DNA of 64,000 nucleotides from the NCBI GenBank assembly GCA_047967505.1, contig CM106538.1; one strand, given 5' to 3'. The stretch comes from Dipteris shenzhenensis (lineage: Eukaryota). Positions 61,022 to 64,000 of this stretch are shown here, one piece after another. The translations under genes were made by a program, and so were the position numbers. The first letter of the stretch is position 1, and each line of letters opens with the position of its first letter. The notes beneath the pieces were generated by a model. It was given only the letters and a program-made list of their open reading frames with translations. It was not told where the DNA came from and searched no databases.

Positions 61022-61610
61022 TGTTAGAGGGTCACTGCCCCACCTATGAGCCCTCAATTTGAGGGGACAAGGGGGCAAGAGACCGAACGGGGTAGGGGAG
61101 GTGAAAAGGCAGAAGACCGACCTGTCAGGGAACCCGCACTACAGCATGAAGGTGGCGCGACATCCTAGGTGCTCTTGGACCTGCGCAAGGGCAGAGTTGG
61201 CAGCTGCAACAGCAGCCCATAAGCAAGGCTTATGGGCCTTTAAATAGGGCTGGCCGGCCTGACCAGCCAGCAAAGGCCGACCAATCAGGTCGGTTGGTGG
61301 GCTGGCAGGTCGGTGCCTTGGGCAGGGAGCCAACTTCCTGGTCGGCCAAAATGAGGGGGCCTAGCCCCTCCTATAGAAAGCCCCCCCTTCCCCCCTCATT
61401 CCTCATCACCTACACTTAAGCCTTGCACACAAGCAAGTGCACAGGGAGAGGAAGAGGATCAGCATCATTGACAGCACACGGGCTGTTTGTACACGCTCAC
61501 TCTTGAGCTTTTGTTGCCCACGATTGTGGAGGCTCTATTTCAATTTTCTGAGTGTTGTATGAGCTAGAGAGGAAGTGAGGTATGAATCATTCTATCCTCT
61601 ATTTCCAACA
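61022..61610 (+). repeat. 3' LTR of outer Copia
   Basis: TG...CA, preceded by PPT GAGAGGGGG. Confidence 0.93.
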
Positions 61611-62950
61611 AGCGGAGGGGGAGGGGGAGGGGTGTGGCGGGGGGACATTAAGGAAGCGAAGGGAGGGGGGCGGGTGGGTTTGGAGCGACAAACTCTCCTG
61701 TATTGGGAAATTGAAAAAAATCTTGCCCCTCAACCGTCTGAGGCCATCCTGAGGAGAATCCATCTGCCTGCTCCCCTAAGATGGGGGTGTTTTCTACGTC
61801 GAGCTTGCCACCTGCGAGTTTTTGCAACCCTCTTACCAAGCTCCTTTCTCTCCACCCTGGTCCAGGCCACCTCGGACCAAGAGGTCTGGGACTCTTGCTA
61901 CTGCTTTGACGGATGTTGAGCTCTACCCTCACGAAACTCCCATTCCTAACCCTGGTGGGGCTGGGGGGAGATGGGGTGCCTGCCGGCTTGCCTCCCCGAG
62001 ATAGACCCGCGCCAAATGGCCCATCTGTCTAGACCAAAAGCAATGACCTAGAAGGCTTGGAACCTCCACCCTCTTTGGAGCACTCACCCAACAAGTGTCT
62101 CAAGGAAGATCTCCTCTGACAGAGTCTCTGGGGACTCAACAATCACCCTAAGATGCCGGACCCCATGATCTGCCAACATTGAAGCTGCCGAAGTCAGTGG
62201 GGCATCACCTTTTGGATGGGAGGATGGAGCAGGCACTCCTTTGGAAGCTCCGAGAAGCGGAGCGTCACTGTGCAACACGTAGTGCGTCTAATCCATGTCG
62301 TTGACCATGAACCCATGCTACCAAGGAATGAAACAAGCCAAGTGCAGGCCAAAGAAGATAAGACTCTTCTCCACCAAAGCCTAGGTGGTATAGGGGAAGC
62401 TCAACTGAGAAACGAAGACTCCCCTCCTGTAGACGCTAACCTCCTGAATATTGTCACCCTCTAGCGCGAATCTTGCTTGTATCTAATCCTGGACCTGACT
62501 CCTAGTAGGCATAAGCCCGACAATCCGGCCCACCAAGGTTTTGTCCTGAAGAGACTGGACGGCAATCTGCACCTAATGTTTGTCCTCCGGAGAAAGTAGG
62601 ATCTTGACGGTTGAGGGAGTCAAGGGTCTAGCCAGACCAAAGGTCACCTCCACGAAAAGGATCTCCAAAATCAAGAACAAAATACATCGAGCTGCTGACG
62701 AAGAAAAAAAGGGGAAGGGGAAAAGGAATAAAAAGAAGCTCGAAGGAGAAGCTTCTGCCTTCCAACCAGGCCCACTGAAAACGGAGCTAAAGCAGGCTGA
62801 AAAGTCCTGCTTCAGTCCAACAGAAGGCCAGCTGATACACGACCAGCCAGCGAAAAAGACCACACAAAATATAGAGGCACCAACTTTGAAGTTAGATCAT
62901 CAAATCAAGAATGTTGCATGAAGGGGTGTCAGTCCAGTTCCAACAAAGTG
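61611..62950 (-). pseudogene. Degraded LINE ORF1 (DUF4283-like plus zinc knuckle) and 5' region
   Basis: Minus strand TLVGRIVGLMPTRSQVQD*I...RRGVFV...FIPW*HGF near 62300-62545; degenerate knuckle CFWSRQMGHLARV near 62005-62045; Pro-rich tail toward the Copia. Confidence 0.6.
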
Positions 62951-64000
62951 TACATATTCTCAAAAATCTTATCAAGGAAGGTAGCCTCATGATGAGTTTG
63001 ACTCACCAATTGGTGGAAAGGGTATGAAGGGAAGGGCCAAAAAGAAGGCAAAGGACATTGAGTCACCTCTTGTTGGGAGAGGAAAATCTCAAGGACAAAG
63101 GAGGCAGCAATAGAGCAAGGCTATGTTGAGGCTGATCTAACACCTCCTCCCAAGAAGAGTGGTGCACATCAAATTAGCCCACAATACAATTCACAAGAGG
63201 AACTATCTTCTTTACCTAAAAAGAAGAGATCAAAAGGATATTGCAGTCCTCATTTAGACTATCTTCTATGGGAAAGAGTATAAACCAAGAGCTTGCTATT
63301 AGGATTGAAGTAGAGGACATTTCAAATGAAGCAAAGCATTTTGAGAATCAACAGTTGTCAATAACAAAACAAGTATCAGCAAGTACTAGAGCACTCTTGA
63401 TCATCTCAAGAAATAAAGGCATTTCTGAGTTTGGTACACCAAAATCCTTGGGTGTTCTTACGAGTTGGTACAATGAGGATGACACTGATGCTATGCACTT
63501 CCATCTTATAAATAAAGGGAAGGTATGTGATGTTGTTGTTATGGAATCTCTTTTTTGTGAAGATGTTTCTACACCTATGGAGTTTGCAAGAGCAATAAGT
63601 CAATGCATCAAAGACAACAAAAACATTATCAGGTACTGAAGCATATCACTTTTGCTCCCTCTCAACCTATGCAAGTGCTGGCTTTACGACTCCAGCAATC
63701 AAGGAAAAAAACAGCCTTGAACCAGGCTGCTGCCAAGGGGGAGAGGAGCCCTTCAAACCCAGCTGCAGCCAGGGGCTGCTACTCCACTCAAACAGCATGA
63801 AAGGAAGTTGGTGCAGAAGGCACAACAGCCCTGAAGAAAGGTGCCTCAAAACAGCATGGAAGGGAGCTGAAAAGGGAGTCACAACTGGTAAAAGAGGATG
63901 AATGGTGGGGTAGAAGGGCAGCAGGAGTGCAAGCAATGCCCATAAGAATGGGGAGAGGAGGAATGTAACCGGCTTTCAGTTTCCTAAAGGGCAGTAGACC

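Larger units (their letters stand above)
51117..61610 (+). mobile_element. Ty1/Copia LTR retrotransposon lacking the integrase core and carrying a nested Copia
   Basis: LTRs 51117..51741 and 61022..61610 (TG...CA); TSD GGCGG/AGCGG with one mismatch; PBS TGGTATCAAAGC at 51742-51753; PPT at 61013-61021; gag-PR-(INT)-RT-RH order. Confidence 0.94.

Overview
This 64 kb window is a nested retrotransposon landscape from a plant nuclear genome, probably a non-seed plant such as a fern (inference from element types only). I see no intact host gene, rRNA, tRNA or CRISPR array. Supported elements: (1) the 3' part of an L1-type LINE inserted in a Ty3/Gypsy element, whose 5' LTR carries a gag-only Copia element with a 5-bp TSD; (2) a cluster of related L1-type LINEs whose A-tails abut GT/TA microsatellites, including one near full-length copy with an 18-bp TSD and one apparently ORF1-only element; (3) three RTE-group LINE pieces; (4) a non-coding insertion with Helitron2/Helentron-like ends; (5) a complete but stop-riddled chromodomain Gypsy with TSD; (6) an internally deleted Tat-type Gypsy with a second, archaeal-type RNase H; (7) a Copia nested in a Copia, which itself sits in a LINE ORF1 remnant. 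The most interesting unexplained signals are dense, strand-biased CCGTAC/GTAC motif arrays in the 5' leaders of two unrelated retroelements, and a small Cys/His-rich ORF upstream of gag that is better conserved than gag between two divergent Gypsy elements. All calls come from reading the sequence by eye; no database search was run. Boundaries of degraded fragments are approximate.
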